Source of the DNA: Alphaproteobacteria bacterium
Lineage (GTDB): Bacteria > Pseudomonadota > Alphaproteobacteria > SP197
Length of the DNA stretch: 64,000 nucleotides
Reading direction: 5' to 3'
Assembly: GCA_965200495.1 (NCBI GenBank)
Contig: CBDAUG010000001.1
Span: 419,423-483,422, forward strand
Shown: in pieces, positions 42,406 through 51,945 of the stretch
Numbering within the stretch: position 1 is the stretch's first letter
Layout: every line of letters starts with the position of its first letter
Notes under the pieces: generated by a model
What the model was told of the DNA's origin: nothing
Seen by the model: only the letters and a program-made list of their open reading frames with translations
Database searches by the model: none
Program-made: the position numbers and the translations under genes

Positions 42406-44586
42406 TTATCCCGCCTCGACAAGCTTTCGGTAGAGGCCGTCCGCATCCACCATGAGGTCCTCGTGGGTGCCGCGTTGCACCTCCACACCCTCGTCAAGCA
42501 CGATGATAAGGTCGCAGTCCCGGATCGTGCTCAGGCGATGCGCCACGATAAGACAGCTCACGCCCCGACGACGCAGCGCGTCGTCGACGATCTCCTCCGT
42601 CGCGGCGTCGAGGGCGCTCGTCGCCTCGTCGAGAACCAGCACCGTCGGATTGCCCGCCAGTGCGCGGGCAATCTCAAGCCGTTGCCGCTGGCCGCCGCTG
42701 AAATTGCCACCGTCCTCGTCGACCGGCGTCGAATAGCCGAGCGGACGGGCAAGGATGTCATCATGGATGCTGGCGTCGCGGGCCGCAGCGACCAGAATGT
42801 CGTCGGGAACGGCGTCGTTCCACAGTGTGATGTTCTCTCGCACGGTTGCGGAGAAGAGGATGGGGTTCTGATCCACCATCGAGAGCGAGCGCGACATCAC
42901 GTCATCGGGAATCTCGTTGCGCGGACATGCGTCGAACAGGATGTCACCGGACCAGGGTTCGTAGGCGCCGGAAACGAGATATGCCAGTGTCGACTTTCCC
43001 GATCCGCTCCCGCCGACAATCGCGACCCGCTGACCCGGTTCGATAACCAGATTGAGATTCTTGAGGAGCGGCGGACGGTCGCGGTGATAGCCGAAGTTGA
43101 CGTCACGCAGTTCAACACGCCCGGTCAACCGCAGCCGCCCATTCACCGTGCCGGTTCCGGTCGGCGCGATGCGCTGGTCGGTGAACCGCGGATCTTCTTT
43201 GGTAGCCGTGATGTCCTCGAGGCGTTGCAGGCCGATGGCAAGCGTCTGCCAATCGTCGGCGAACTCGACGAAACGGCTGATCGGCGCCAGGAACATGGCT
43301 GCCAGAACATAGAGCGCCGCGAGTGCGCCCAGCGTCATCTCGCCAGCCATGACCTGGTGCGCCCCGACAGCCAGTACCGCCGCGTGGGCAAGAATCATGA
43401 ACAGGCCCGGAAACGCCGCGCAGACGTGTCCGAACGCAACGAACCGGCCCCGCGCCGCCAGTTCCCGGGCCTGATGGCCACTCCAGCGGGAAAAGAAGTG
43501 GTCGTCCGCGGAGGTCATCCGCAGAATATCCGTCTGACGCAACATCAACATGCCGAACCCGAGCAACAGGCCCTGTTCACGCCGCAACGCCTGGTTTTCG
43601 TCGTTGCGCATGCGCGTCATCAGTCGCGCCAGCACGGCATTGACCAGCGCCAGGCCCAGAACAATGAACGCCAGCGTCATGTCGTAGGCAAACATGGCCG
43701 CCAGAAAGGCCGCGCTCATCGCGATTTCGATGAGCGGTTCGAGAACACGGCTGGGCAGAGCCCTGGCAATCCTGTCGATGGACAGGACACGATCCGTCAA
43801 TTCGCCGGCGAGCCGGTGGTTGAAGTACTCCATCGGCAACCGCAACAGTCGCGAAACGCAGCGATTTGCGACAACAATCGACATGCGCACCGAGAGGCGT
43901 TTCATGCACCGATGTTTCAGCCAGCCAAGCCCGTAGACCAGAACGGCGCCCGACATCGTGGCAACGGCGACGATCTCGCCCCATGGCTCGTTGTCACCCA
44001 GAACCCGGTCGACGAACAGCCCCAGTCCCACCGGCGCGATCAGCGCCAGCAGGGCCATCATCACGCCGCACGTCGCCGCATAGGCCAGCGCGCCCGAAGC
44101 GCCGCGAAACCATGGGGGGATGCGCCGCATGATGCTGGGGGGCGCCCCTCCGCGTCGGAACTCGGGTCCGGGACTCAAGTGCAGCGCGATGCCTGCGAAC
44201 CCCTCGGCGAACTCCTTGTCGGACAGCTGGCGGCGACCGATCGCGGGATCGTTCAGAAACACCCGATCGCCGTCGAAGCCTTCCAGCACAAGGAAGTGAT
44301 TCCATTCCCAGAACAGTATCTGCGGCAGCGGCATGCTTCTGAGATGATGCGCGTTCACGCTCCGCCCGACGCACTTGAGACCATAATGTCCGGCGGCCCG
44401 CGAGATACCTGCGGCTGTCGAGCCGTCCCGGCTGACGCCGCACAGGCGGCGCAACTCGTTCAGGTGCACCCAGCGCCCGAAGCAGGCGAGTATGCTGCCC
44501 AGGCATGCGGCGCCGCACTCGGTGATATGCATCTGCATCACCAGCGGAGTGACCACGCGACGCCTTCGCCGTGTCGAGGTGGCCAT
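42406..44586 (-). CDS. NHLP C39 peptidase-containing ABC transporter
   Basis: QMHITECGAACL (Cys), WEWNHFLV (His), LNDP (Asp); GGSGSGKST; FSGGQRQR. Confidence 0.92.
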   Translation of the reverse strand: MATSTRRRRRVVTPLVMQMHITECGAACLGSILACFGRWVHLNELRRLCGVSRDGSTAAGISRAAGHYGLKCVGRSVNAHHLRSMPLPQILFWEWNHFLVLEGFDGDRVFLNDPAIGRRQLSDKEFAEGFAGIALHLSPGPEFRRGGAPPSIMRRIPPWFRGASGALAYAATCGVMMALLALIAPVGLGLFVDRVLGDNEPWGEIVAVATMSGAVLVYGLGWLKHRCMKRLSVRMSIVVANRCVSRLLRLPMEYFNHRLAGELTDRVLSIDRIARALPSRVLEPLIEIAMSAAFLAAMFAYDMTLAFIVLGLALVNAVLARLMTRMRNDENQALRREQGLLLGFGMLMLRQTDILRMTSADDHFFSRWSGHQARELAARGRFVAFGHVCAAFPGLFMILAHAAVLAVGAHQVMAGEMTLGALAALYVLAAMFLAPISRFVEFADDWQTLAIGLQRLEDITATKEDPRFTDQRIAPTGTGTVNGRLRLTGRVELRDVNFGYHRDRPPLLKNLNLVIEPGQRVAIVGGSGSGKSTLAYLVSGAYEPWSGDILFDACPRNEIPDDVMSRSLSMVDQNPILFSATVRENITLWNDAVPDDILVAAARDASIHDDILARPLGYSTPVDEDGGNFSGGQRQRLEIARALAGNPTVLVLDEATSALDAATEEIVDDALRRRGVSCLIVAHRLSTIRDCDLIIVLDEGVEVQRGTHEDLMVDADGLYRKLVEAG

Positions 44587-44628
44587 GCTCTTCGATCACA
44601 CCGTCCGGCTGGAATCGGGCGACGTCAT

Positions 44629-45528
44629 TCAGCGAAGTCCGGAATCAAGCAGCGCGACGAGAGGCGCCCGGCCGAGGATGATCCGTACGCGGCAAGTGGC
44701 GCCGTCCGGCACGGAAAATCCTGGCGTTGCAGACAGGGCGATGTCGATCCGGTGCGACGAATTCGCGTTTGCCGGCTGCGGCGTCGCGAGCCAGGCTGAC
44801 GCCGGTCTGGCGGACACGGACATCACCTCTCCCTGCAGTTCGCGCGTGTCTCCGGGAGATATCGCCACGTGCACCGACGCCTGCATGCCGGGTTGAATGC
44901 GTTGCGCAACGCGCCGGGCAACCCGCAACACGGCGCGCAGCTGCCCGTCCTGCGCGTCAGAGGGGATGCTGCGGATCCGTGCGACCGCCGCACCGGCAGG
45001 AAGGTAATCGCCGGGCGCCACCTGCAGGGTCATGATCTCACCGGCGCCATGGGCAACGATCATCTCCCGCACAGCGCGCGTTGCCTCCATCTCCAACAGC
45101 ACTGCCCGGCCGGACTCCAGAAGCACCGACAGCGAGCTGGCGGCGTCGCCTGCCTGCGCAACGTCCCGTCCCAGAAGCTCCAGTCGGTCCCGCAGTGCGG
45201 TGGTTTCGCGGTCCAGTTCCGGCACGCTCTGTCGTGCGATCGCCTCGCCGACCCCGACGCGGTCACCCGCAGCGGCAAAGAACTCCAGCAGATACCCGGG
45301 CTCGGTCGAGACCACGTCGTGACGGGTTCCCGGCTTGATCAGGATGCCGTCCACCGTGATGCCGTGCTCAATGTGACCGAACAGCGACCAGGCCAGCAAC
45401 GCCGCCAGCAGCAGGGCGGCAACGGCAGGGGCAAGACGTTCGCGCGGCGCCGCGACAGTCAGCAGGTGATCAAGTTGCTGGCGCTTGCTGCGGCTGGCGG
45501 CAGTCTGGTCCAGTTCCAGCCTGTTCAT
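44629..45528 (-). CDS. NHLP-system HlyD-like secretion protein
   Basis: QLDHLLTV, a TM helix ending WSLFG, lipoyl-like halves, IQPGM; start taken at MNRLEL. Confidence 0.8.
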   Translation of the reverse strand: MNRLELDQTAASRSKRQQLDHLLTVAAPRERLAPAVAALLLAALLAWSLFGHIEHGITVDGILIKPGTRHDVVSTEPGYLLEFFAAAGDRVGVGEAIARQSVPELDRETTALRDRLELLGRDVAQAGDAASSLSVLLESGRAVLLEMEATRAVREMIVAHGAGEIMTLQVAPGDYLPAGAAVARIRSIPSDAQDGQLRAVLRVARRVAQRIQPGMQASVHVAISPGDTRELQGEVMSVSARPASAWLATPQPANANSSHRIDIALSATPGFSVPDGATCRVRIILGRAPLVALLDSGLR

Positions 45529-45640
45529 GACCCTCACGATCCTCCGAGACACGGTGGCGACCCCTCTCAATTGTAGCGCATGACCGGCATGCCGGTCGAC
45601 TCTCGCACCCCCTCCGGGAAGCAAATTGCGTGTGTATTTC

Positions 45641-45676
45641 GGGGGGGGGGGGGGGAGGGGATTTAACACATTGATT
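45641..45676. promoter_or_regulatory. G15 tract and IHF-consensus site in the divergent promoter region
   Basis: 15 G at 45641-45655; TAACACATTGATT (45664-45676) matches YAANNNNTTGATW. Confidence 0.5.
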
Positions 45677-45758
45677 TATATGAGTTTTTTTCGGTTTACA
45701 AAGCCATCGCCTTCCTGTTAGCTAGTGTCCTCAACCATGTAAACGAGGTATATGGATC

Positions 45759-46034
45759 ATGGATTGGCAATCCTTTGCGCAAACCCCGCTGCAATCAGCC
45801 GAGGACATGCGACGTCAGATCACGGACAAGGCCATCAGTGACGCTGATTTCCGGAGCCTGCTGATTTCGAACCCCAAGCATGCGATCTCCCAGGAGCTGG
45901 GCGTCGATGTTCCCGACGATCTCGAGATCGTGGTGAACGAGAGCAACGCAGACACCCTTTATCTGTCCTTGCCGGTCTCGGAGATCGGAGAGGAGCAGCT
46001 CGAAGCGATCGCTGCAGGTCGGTGCTGCTGCTGA
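45759..46034 (+). CDS. NHLP (nitrile-hydratase leader) RiPP precursor; core RCCC
   Basis: KAISDADFRSLLISNPKHAISQELG...VVNE...LYLSLP...IGEEQLEAIAAG|RCCC*; GAGGT RBS. Confidence 0.9.
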   Translation: MDWQSFAQTPLQSAEDMRRQITDKAISDADFRSLLISNPKHAISQELGVDVPDDLEIVVNESNADTLYLSLPVSEIGEEQLEAIAAGRCCC

Positions 46035-46042
46035 ACGACCTC

Positions 46043-46086
46043 CCTCGGGCGCCCTTCCCTGATTGTCCTTCGAAGGGCGCCCGAGG
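46043..46086. terminator. 15-bp perfect hairpin after the precursor gene
   Basis: CCTCGGGCGCCCTTC ... GAAGGGCGCCCGAGG; no U-tract. Confidence 0.6.
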
Positions 46087-46230
46087 CTCGATAGCCATGC
46101 TGTCGACGTTCCGCCCCCTGAACCTGTTCAGGGCGGGTGACGGTGACAGGGAGGCTGGTTTCAGAGTGGCAATCTGAACAGTGTCCACGCGGTTGCCTCG
46201 CGACGGCGTTGACGTACGACGGGTTCGACG

Positions 46231-48558
46231 ATGGCGCACGGACCGAGCGTTGGACTGCGCGATTTTTCGACGCGATTCGCAGAGTGGACAGTCGCGTTCC
46301 GCTGGCTGATTGTCGTGACAATCCTGGTGCTGGTCGGCGCTGCCGCCAGTGGCATGCTTTTTCTGAAGTCCGACACGGACTACCGCGCGTATTTCAGCGA
46401 GGACAACCCCGAACTCCAGGCCTTTGAAGATCTGGAGAACACATACGAAAAAAGCGACAACGTCCTCTTCCTGATCGCCCCCGACGATCGCGACGCCACA
46501 TCGCAGCAGGCCCTCGCGGCTGCAGTCTGGCTGACCGAACGCGCCTGGCAGGTGCCGCATGCGGCGCGCGTCGATTCGATTGCCAATTTCCAGCATATGG
46601 AGGCGGACGGAGACGATCTCGTCGTACGCGATCTCGTCGACCCATCGCAGCTGGGCGATGCCGGTGATCGCCGCCGGATTCGCGCAACAGCCCTGGCGGA
46701 TCCGCGACTGGCGGGCAACCTTCTGGCGCGCGATGGCGGCGTCAGCGCCGTCAATGTGACCGTCAAGCTGCCGGACGACGATACCGCGACCGCCACCGCC
46801 GACGTCACCGCGTTCGCGCGCGACGTTGCAATCGAGGCGGCAGGGCGGTTTCCGGGTATCGACGTCCGTCTGGTCGGAACGGTGATCGTCAACCACGCCT
46901 TCACGGAAGCGACGGCGGCCGCCATGGAGACGGTGTTGCCCGCGTCCCTGGCCGTCATGGCGCTGATCCTCGGCATCTTGACACGCGGGTTCGCAGGCGT
47001 CGCGGCGACCGGCGCGGTCACCGTCTTCTCGATCCTCGCGGCGATGGGGTTGGGCGGGTGGGTCGGTATTCCATTTTCCACGTCCACGTCCGCGACGCCC
47101 ATCATCGTGCTGACGCTTGCGGTGGCCAGCTGCATGCATGTTCTGATCACCGTGCAGGAACGGCTGGGAGAAGGGGATCCGAGACGCCGGGCGGTGGTGG
47201 AGTCCATCAGGGTCAACCTGCATCCCATCTTTCTCGCGAGCGCGACGACGATGTTCGGCTTCCTGATGATGAACTTTTCCGAAGTGCCGCCCTATCGTCA
47301 TCTCGGGACCCTCGTCGCCATCGGCGCCGCGATTTCTTTCGTTCTCTCGGTCACGTTGCTGCCCGCGTTGCTCTCTCTCATCCCCATGCGTGGTCGCCGG
47401 GCGGATCATTCACGCAAAGGCATCGAGGTCATGGCGAATCTGGTGGTGCGCCGCCGGACCGTTCTGCTGTGGGGATCGATGGCCGTCATCCTCGGACTGT
47501 CAGCGGGACTCCCGCGCAACGAGCTGGACGATGTCCTGACGCACTTCTTCGACGAGGGATTCCAGATTCGCCAGGATGCGGACTTCCTCGACGAGAACCT
47601 GAGCGGAAACACGGTACTCGAATACTCGATCACGGCAGGTGGGCCGGGCGACATCGTCGAACCGGCCTTTCTCGAATACGTTTCGGCGTTCGCTGACTGG
47701 TATCGCAGCCAGCCGGAAACCCGGCATGTCCTTGTCATCAGCGATACCTTTCGCCAGATCAACATGAGCATGCACGGCGGCGATCCGGCCGCTTACCGGA
47801 TTCCCGAAAGCCGCGACCTTGCATCGCAATACCTGCTTCTCTACGAACTGTCGCTTCCCTTCGGCTTCGACCTGAACAACCGCATCGACGTGTCGAAGTC
47901 GGCAACGCGCATGACGGTGACGGCGACCACACTCTCGTCACGGGAAGTGCTGGGACTCGATGCGCGCGCGCATCAGTGGCTGGCTGACAATGCACCGGAC
48001 AATTCGCGGGTCGTGAGTTCGGGGGCCGCACTGATGTTCGCGCATATCGGAGAGCGCAACATCCGGGCGATGCTGGTCGGGACCGCGGTGGCATTTCTCG
48101 GCATTTCCGTCCTCCTCGTCGTCGCACTCGGTTCGCTTCGCATCGGCCTGGTGAGCCTTGTGCCAAACTTTGTCCCCGGATTGATGGCGTTCGGCATCTG
48201 GGGCCTGGCTGTGGGAGAGGTCGGACTCGCACTCTCGGTCGTCATGGCCATGACGATCGGCATTGTGGTGGACGATACGGTGCACTTCCTCAGCACGTAT
48301 CAGCGCGCCCGGCGCGAACTCGGCCAGGCGCCGGACGAAGCGGTGCGCTACGCATTTCGCACGGTGGGACGTGCACTGGTCTCGACCACGGCGGTGCTGG
48401 TGGCAGGCTTTGCAGTCCTCGGCCTGTCGGACTTCTTTCCCACCGCGCAGATGGGGCAACTGACGGCGGTGGTCATCGCGCTCGCTCTTGTCTGCGATGT
48501 CCTTTTCCTGGCGCCCCTGTTGATGGCTGTGGACCGCCGCCGGCAGGGATCATCCTGA
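46231..48558 (+). CDS. MMPL/RND family transporter
   Basis: Two repeated TM blocks with periplasmic loops; GIVVDDTVHFL. Confidence 0.9.
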   Translation: MAHGPSVGLRDFSTRFAEWTVAFRWLIVVTILVLVGAAASGMLFLKSDTDYRAYFSEDNPELQAFEDLENTYEKSDNVLFLIAPDDRDATSQQALAAAVWLTERAWQVPHAARVDSIANFQHMEADGDDLVVRDLVDPSQLGDAGDRRRIRATALADPRLAGNLLARDGGVSAVNVTVKLPDDDTATATADVTAFARDVAIEAAGRFPGIDVRLVGTVIVNHAFTEATAAAMETVLPASLAVMALILGILTRGFAGVAATGAVTVFSILAAMGLGGWVGIPFSTSTSATPIIVLTLAVASCMHVLITVQERLGEGDPRRRAVVESIRVNLHPIFLASATTMFGFLMMNFSEVPPYRHLGTLVAIGAAISFVLSVTLLPALLSLIPMRGRRADHSRKGIEVMANLVVRRRTVLLWGSMAVILGLSAGLPRNELDDVLTHFFDEGFQIRQDADFLDENLSGNTVLEYSITAGGPGDIVEPAFLEYVSAFADWYRSQPETRHVLVISDTFRQINMSMHGGDPAAYRIPESRDLASQYLLLYELSLPFGFDLNNRIDVSKSATRMTVTATTLSSREVLGLDARAHQWLADNAPDNSRVVSSGAALMFAHIGERNIRAMLVGTAVAFLGISVLLVVALGSLRIGLVSLVPNFVPGLMAFGIWGLAVGEVGLALSVVMAMTIGIVVDDTVHFLSTYQRARRELGQAPDEAVRYAFRTVGRALVSTTAVLVAGFAVLGLSDFFPTAQMGQLTAVVIALALVCDVLFLAPLLMAVDRRRQGSS

Positions 48559-48565
48559 ATCGCCG

Positions 48566-49720
48566 TCACGACACCCCGACCGACGGCAGCTGACCCGGGG
48601 ACTTCTGGCGGGGCGGCAAACGGCACATCAGCACGAACACATGGGCCCTGACGTGCTCGGCGCCGTTCCGGGTTAGCACGATCGAGAAGTGGTGAATGCG
48701 CTGCAAGAGAAGGAACGCGCCCGAGCGACCGAACAGCATGCTTGCACCGAACGACCATGGGGCTGGTCCGGGCAGCTTGGCGGGAACAGCGAGACGTTCC
48801 TCGCGAAGACCGTCAATGAACGCCGTCCAGCACTCCCTGTCCTTGAACCACCCCTTGCGGTCGTAGATCGTATCTGCGGAAAAGACCTGCAGTTCGAGCG
48901 TCGGCTCCAGACCCGCCGCGCTGACGTCGAACCCGACTCCGAGCTGCATCCCGGCAAGGGCGCCACGCTCCCCGAGACGCGACAGGGCGCCAACGGCTGC
49001 CAGGCGCCTTCCAGGCCAGTCCGCCCGTTCCAGAAAGGCCGTGACGTCACATGCCTTGTTGAAGCCCAGCATCATCAGGCGAAGCGCCCTTCCTGCCGAA
49101 GGAAAGACCCCGATGGCGCCGACGCGGGTATCCGGCTTCAGCGCGAGATACGCACGCTCGGCGCGGCGGCGCCGGGCCGCGTCCGGGCGCCAGCCTGCAG
49201 CGCAGCTCACAGCATCGAGCGCCTCGCCGAAATCGCGGAGCGGGCCACCACCGACCAGCATGGCTCGGGAGGGGTAAAGGAAAAACCCCGGCTCGCCCCC
49301 TGCACGCCGTGCAGGATCGATGTGGTACTGCAGCAGGACCCTGTCGCCGGCGACGCGCCGAAGGCCTGAGTCCTCCGTGCCTGTCTTGCCCAGGAGCGAG
49401 GCGATGCCGGCCATCGACGCCGCCGCATCGCCGGAGCGCCCCCTGGTCTCGAAGAACGCCGCCGACCGGCTCCCGCCGGGCAACGAAACGTCGAGAAGCG
49501 CGGCCGGCGGCGAGGAGTCGATCGGGAACCCGAGCCAGAGAGGGAAGCCGGCCACGGTTGCTGGCAGGTCGCCGGCGCGCTCCACCAGTCTCTCCCATAC
49601 CCTCTCGTCGATCGGCAGCGGGGCAAGGGAACCCTTCATCCGCGCCAGAAGTTCTCCCAGTGATCCCGCTTCCCGGGTGAGACATTCCTCATTGGCGGCC
49701 CATTCGTCTTCGAAACCCAT
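48566..49720 (-). CDS. Unknown tailoring protein, paralogue B (degenerate)
   Basis: Collinear with 50727..51836 along its whole length. Confidence 0.75.
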   Translation of the reverse strand: MGFEDEWAANEECLTREAGSLGELLARMKGSLAPLPIDERVWERLVERAGDLPATVAGFPLWLGFPIDSSPPAALLDVSLPGGSRSAAFFETRGRSGDAAASMAGIASLLGKTGTEDSGLRRVAGDRVLLQYHIDPARRAGGEPGFFLYPSRAMLVGGGPLRDFGEALDAVSCAAGWRPDAARRRRAERAYLALKPDTRVGAIGVFPSAGRALRLMMLGFNKACDVTAFLERADWPGRRLAAVGALSRLGERGALAGMQLGVGFDVSAAGLEPTLELQVFSADTIYDRKGWFKDRECWTAFIDGLREERLAVPAKLPGPAPWSFGASMLFGRSGAFLLLQRIHHFSIVLTRNGAEHVRAHVFVLMCRLPPRQKSPGQLPSVGVS

Positions 49721-49824
49721 GGCCGGTGTCGTGTTCCCCGATTGCTGTCTTCCCGGCAACGCCGCCGCTGGCGGGCCCTGCCCTGCAACAGGCCAGACCG
49801 CCGATCATCGCGGCGCTGCAGTCG

Positions 49825-50730
49825 CTATGCGCTGTCCGGTTTTTCCGCCCAGTATCGCCCGAGTTCAAAAAACCCCTTGCGCCAGGCAGTCTCCAGCGCC
49901 ACAACCATGGGCAGCACCGGCCGAAGCCGGGCGGGAAGCAGGCCAAGGAAAACCAGTCCCTTGAGGGTCCGGACATAGCACTCGACAAGCCGCAGACTGC
50001 CAATGTCGCGACCGTCAAACCCCGTGCACTCGCGAACCGCCAGACCCGCATCGCGCAACAGCCCGGTGTAGGACGATCTGGTTTCCAGGCCGGGCGAGGC
50101 CCAAAGCTCGCACAGCGGACGAATGAAGGCGTCACGCTGACGTGAGGTGGTGCCTTCGGTGACAAGCCAGTCCATCGCCACAACCCGTCCAGCGGGCTTG
50201 AGAATCCTGAAGACCTCGCGCAGGAACTGCCCGCGATCGCCGTAGTGGCACGCACTGTCGACGTTGACGACGACGTCGATCGAGTCATTGCCGAACGGCA
50301 ACCCCTCGGAGCAGTTGGCGTACCTGAAATCGACAAGGTGATCCATGCCCTCGTCCGTCGCCTTGCCGGCGGCGATCTTCATCTGCTGGTGATTGATGTT
50401 GACGCCTGTCACCCTGCATCCCCGTGTCTGCGCAAGATAGATGGAGGTTCCGCCGACCCCGCAACCCGCATCCACGACAATGCTGTCCTGCGTGATCCCC
50501 GCCGGAGCAATGATGGCCTCGATCATCCGCTCCAGACCCTTCTCGCTCACAGGGCCCTCAAAGACGTCGCCCGGCTCCGGATACTCCCCGGCATCGAACA
50601 AACCGAAGTGGAGGTGCGTCGCGTTCCAGAAACTCATGTAGAAGGACACCGTCAGGTCGTCATAGTGACGAATGGCGTCTCGGTCCCGGTCCGAGACGGG
50701 CGTCCTTGCTTCTCCGGAGTTCATCGTCAT
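49825..50730 (-). CDS. Class I SAM-dependent methyltransferase
   Basis: HYD...FWNATHLHFG, VVDAGCGVGG, LPFGNDSID, RILKPAG. Confidence 0.9.
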   Translation of the reverse strand: MTMNSGEARTPVSDRDRDAIRHYDDLTVSFYMSFWNATHLHFGLFDAGEYPEPGDVFEGPVSEKGLERMIEAIIAPAGITQDSIVVDAGCGVGGTSIYLAQTRGCRVTGVNINHQQMKIAAGKATDEGMDHLVDFRYANCSEGLPFGNDSIDVVVNVDSACHYGDRGQFLREVFRILKPAGRVVAMDWLVTEGTTSRQRDAFIRPLCELWASPGLETRSSYTGLLRDAGLAVRECTGFDGRDIGSLRLVECYVRTLKGLVFLGLLPARLRPVLPMVVALETAWRKGFFELGRYWAEKPDSA

Positions 50731-51836
50731 CCCTGCGTTGCGCCCGTCGGCCGCCAGCACATCATGAGCAGAAAATTATAGGCCTTGACCTGTTCGACCC
50801 GGTCGCCGGCCACCACCAGTTTCATGTGGTGTATGCCCCGGACGAGCATGATCGGGCCGCCCCTGGCGAGCAGCGTCGTCGATCCCGTTGACCATCTGGC
50901 CAGTTCCGCGAGTTTTTCCGGGAGGGCGTAGCCCTCCTCGCCGATACCGTCGATGAGAGCGGACCAGTGGCGTATGTCCTTAAGCCATTCCTTTTCCTGG
51001 GCGAAGAAACTCACTCCCAGCGTCGGCCCCACGCCACCGGCGGTGATGTCGAAGTGGACTCCCATGTAGGCGAAAGCGCCCCGTTTCTCGAAGAACGACA
51101 CGGCGTCGCCGACCGCCGAAGGCGACCCTGGCCAGCCGGCGCGCTCAAGAAACGCCGCCACGCCGCGCGCGCTCCTGAAGCCCGTCACCGCAATCCGCAT
51201 CGTCCTTTGCCGCGACGGAAAGGTGCCGAAAGCCTTGATGAGCGTCTCCGGGGCAAGCGTCGCGTACACCCGCTCGAGCTCCCTGCGTTCGGCCGCATCC
51301 GGACTCCAGCCGCCGGCGAAGACCAGCGCGTCATGTACCGCGCCGAGCTCGCGAAGCCGCCGGCCGTCGCCGGCCAGCGCGTCGTCGACGGGATAGAGGA
51401 AAACGCCCGGATCCAGGCGCTCACCGCCCGGCGCCGTGTCGATGTCGTACTCGAGCAGCATCTTCCTGCCGACAACGCGGCGCAACAGGGAGTCGTCACG
51501 ATCAGTCTCGTCCAGCAGCCAGGCAAGCCCCGCCGCAGACGAATCCGCATCATGCGAACGGCCCAGTTCCTGAAAGTGCGTCGCGGTCCGGCTGTCGCCG
51601 ACCAGGGAAACGCCGAAGTCCGCCCTCGCTCTGGAATCCTGCAGGGGAAACTCGAACCCGAACGGGAAAGCCGCCATCGTTGCAGGCACGTCGCAGGCGC
51701 GCTCGAGCAACCGCTCCCATCCCTCGCCGTCAATCAGGCGGGCCGAGATCTGCGGCCTGATCCGAGCCAGCAACTGCCCCATGGATGGCGCCATGAGCAG
51801 GAGGCGTTCTTCCGTATGCCTCCACTCTTCACGCAT
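50727..51836 (-). CDS. Unknown tailoring protein, paralogue A (possible ABBA-fold prenyltransferase)
   Basis: FGFEFPL...ADFGV, LLEYD, PGVF, HHMKL...VKAY. The ORF is solid; the function is inferred. Confidence 0.75.
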   Translation of the reverse strand: MREEWRHTEERLLLMAPSMGQLLARIRPQISARLIDGEGWERLLERACDVPATMAAFPFGFEFPLQDSRARADFGVSLVGDSRTATHFQELGRSHDADSSAAGLAWLLDETDRDDSLLRRVVGRKMLLEYDIDTAPGGERLDPGVFLYPVDDALAGDGRRLRELGAVHDALVFAGGWSPDAAERRELERVYATLAPETLIKAFGTFPSRQRTMRIAVTGFRSARGVAAFLERAGWPGSPSAVGDAVSFFEKRGAFAYMGVHFDITAGGVGPTLGVSFFAQEKEWLKDIRHWSALIDGIGEEGYALPEKLAELARWSTGSTTLLARGGPIMLVRGIHHMKLVVAGDRVEQVKAYNFLLMMCWRPTGATQG

Positions 51837-51945
51837 GCTCACGAGCGCCCCTCTGCGATACGTCCGCTCCAGGGTTGCACGAGCGGCAAAGCCGTCATCG
51901 TCGCCACAGTTTTCGCTCCGGGAGCAGGGGCATCCTTGCGTTCTC

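Noticed and set aside
41875-44799. 974-aa plus-strand ORF (and similar long ORFs at 22268-24211, 29044-31179, 37450-39282, 45835-47409)
   Set aside because: Antisense shadows of clearly identifiable genes, which is common in high-GC DNA.
45529-45669. Poly-Pro N-terminal extension of HlyD (MLNPLPPPPP)
   Set aside because: Probably just the G15 tract read in frame; family similarity begins near 45528.
45759-46034. Nitrile hydratase alpha subunit or metallothionein
   Set aside because: No CxxCSC motif and no beta subunit; the double-Gly-type leader end and YcaO/C39 context indicate a RiPP precursor.
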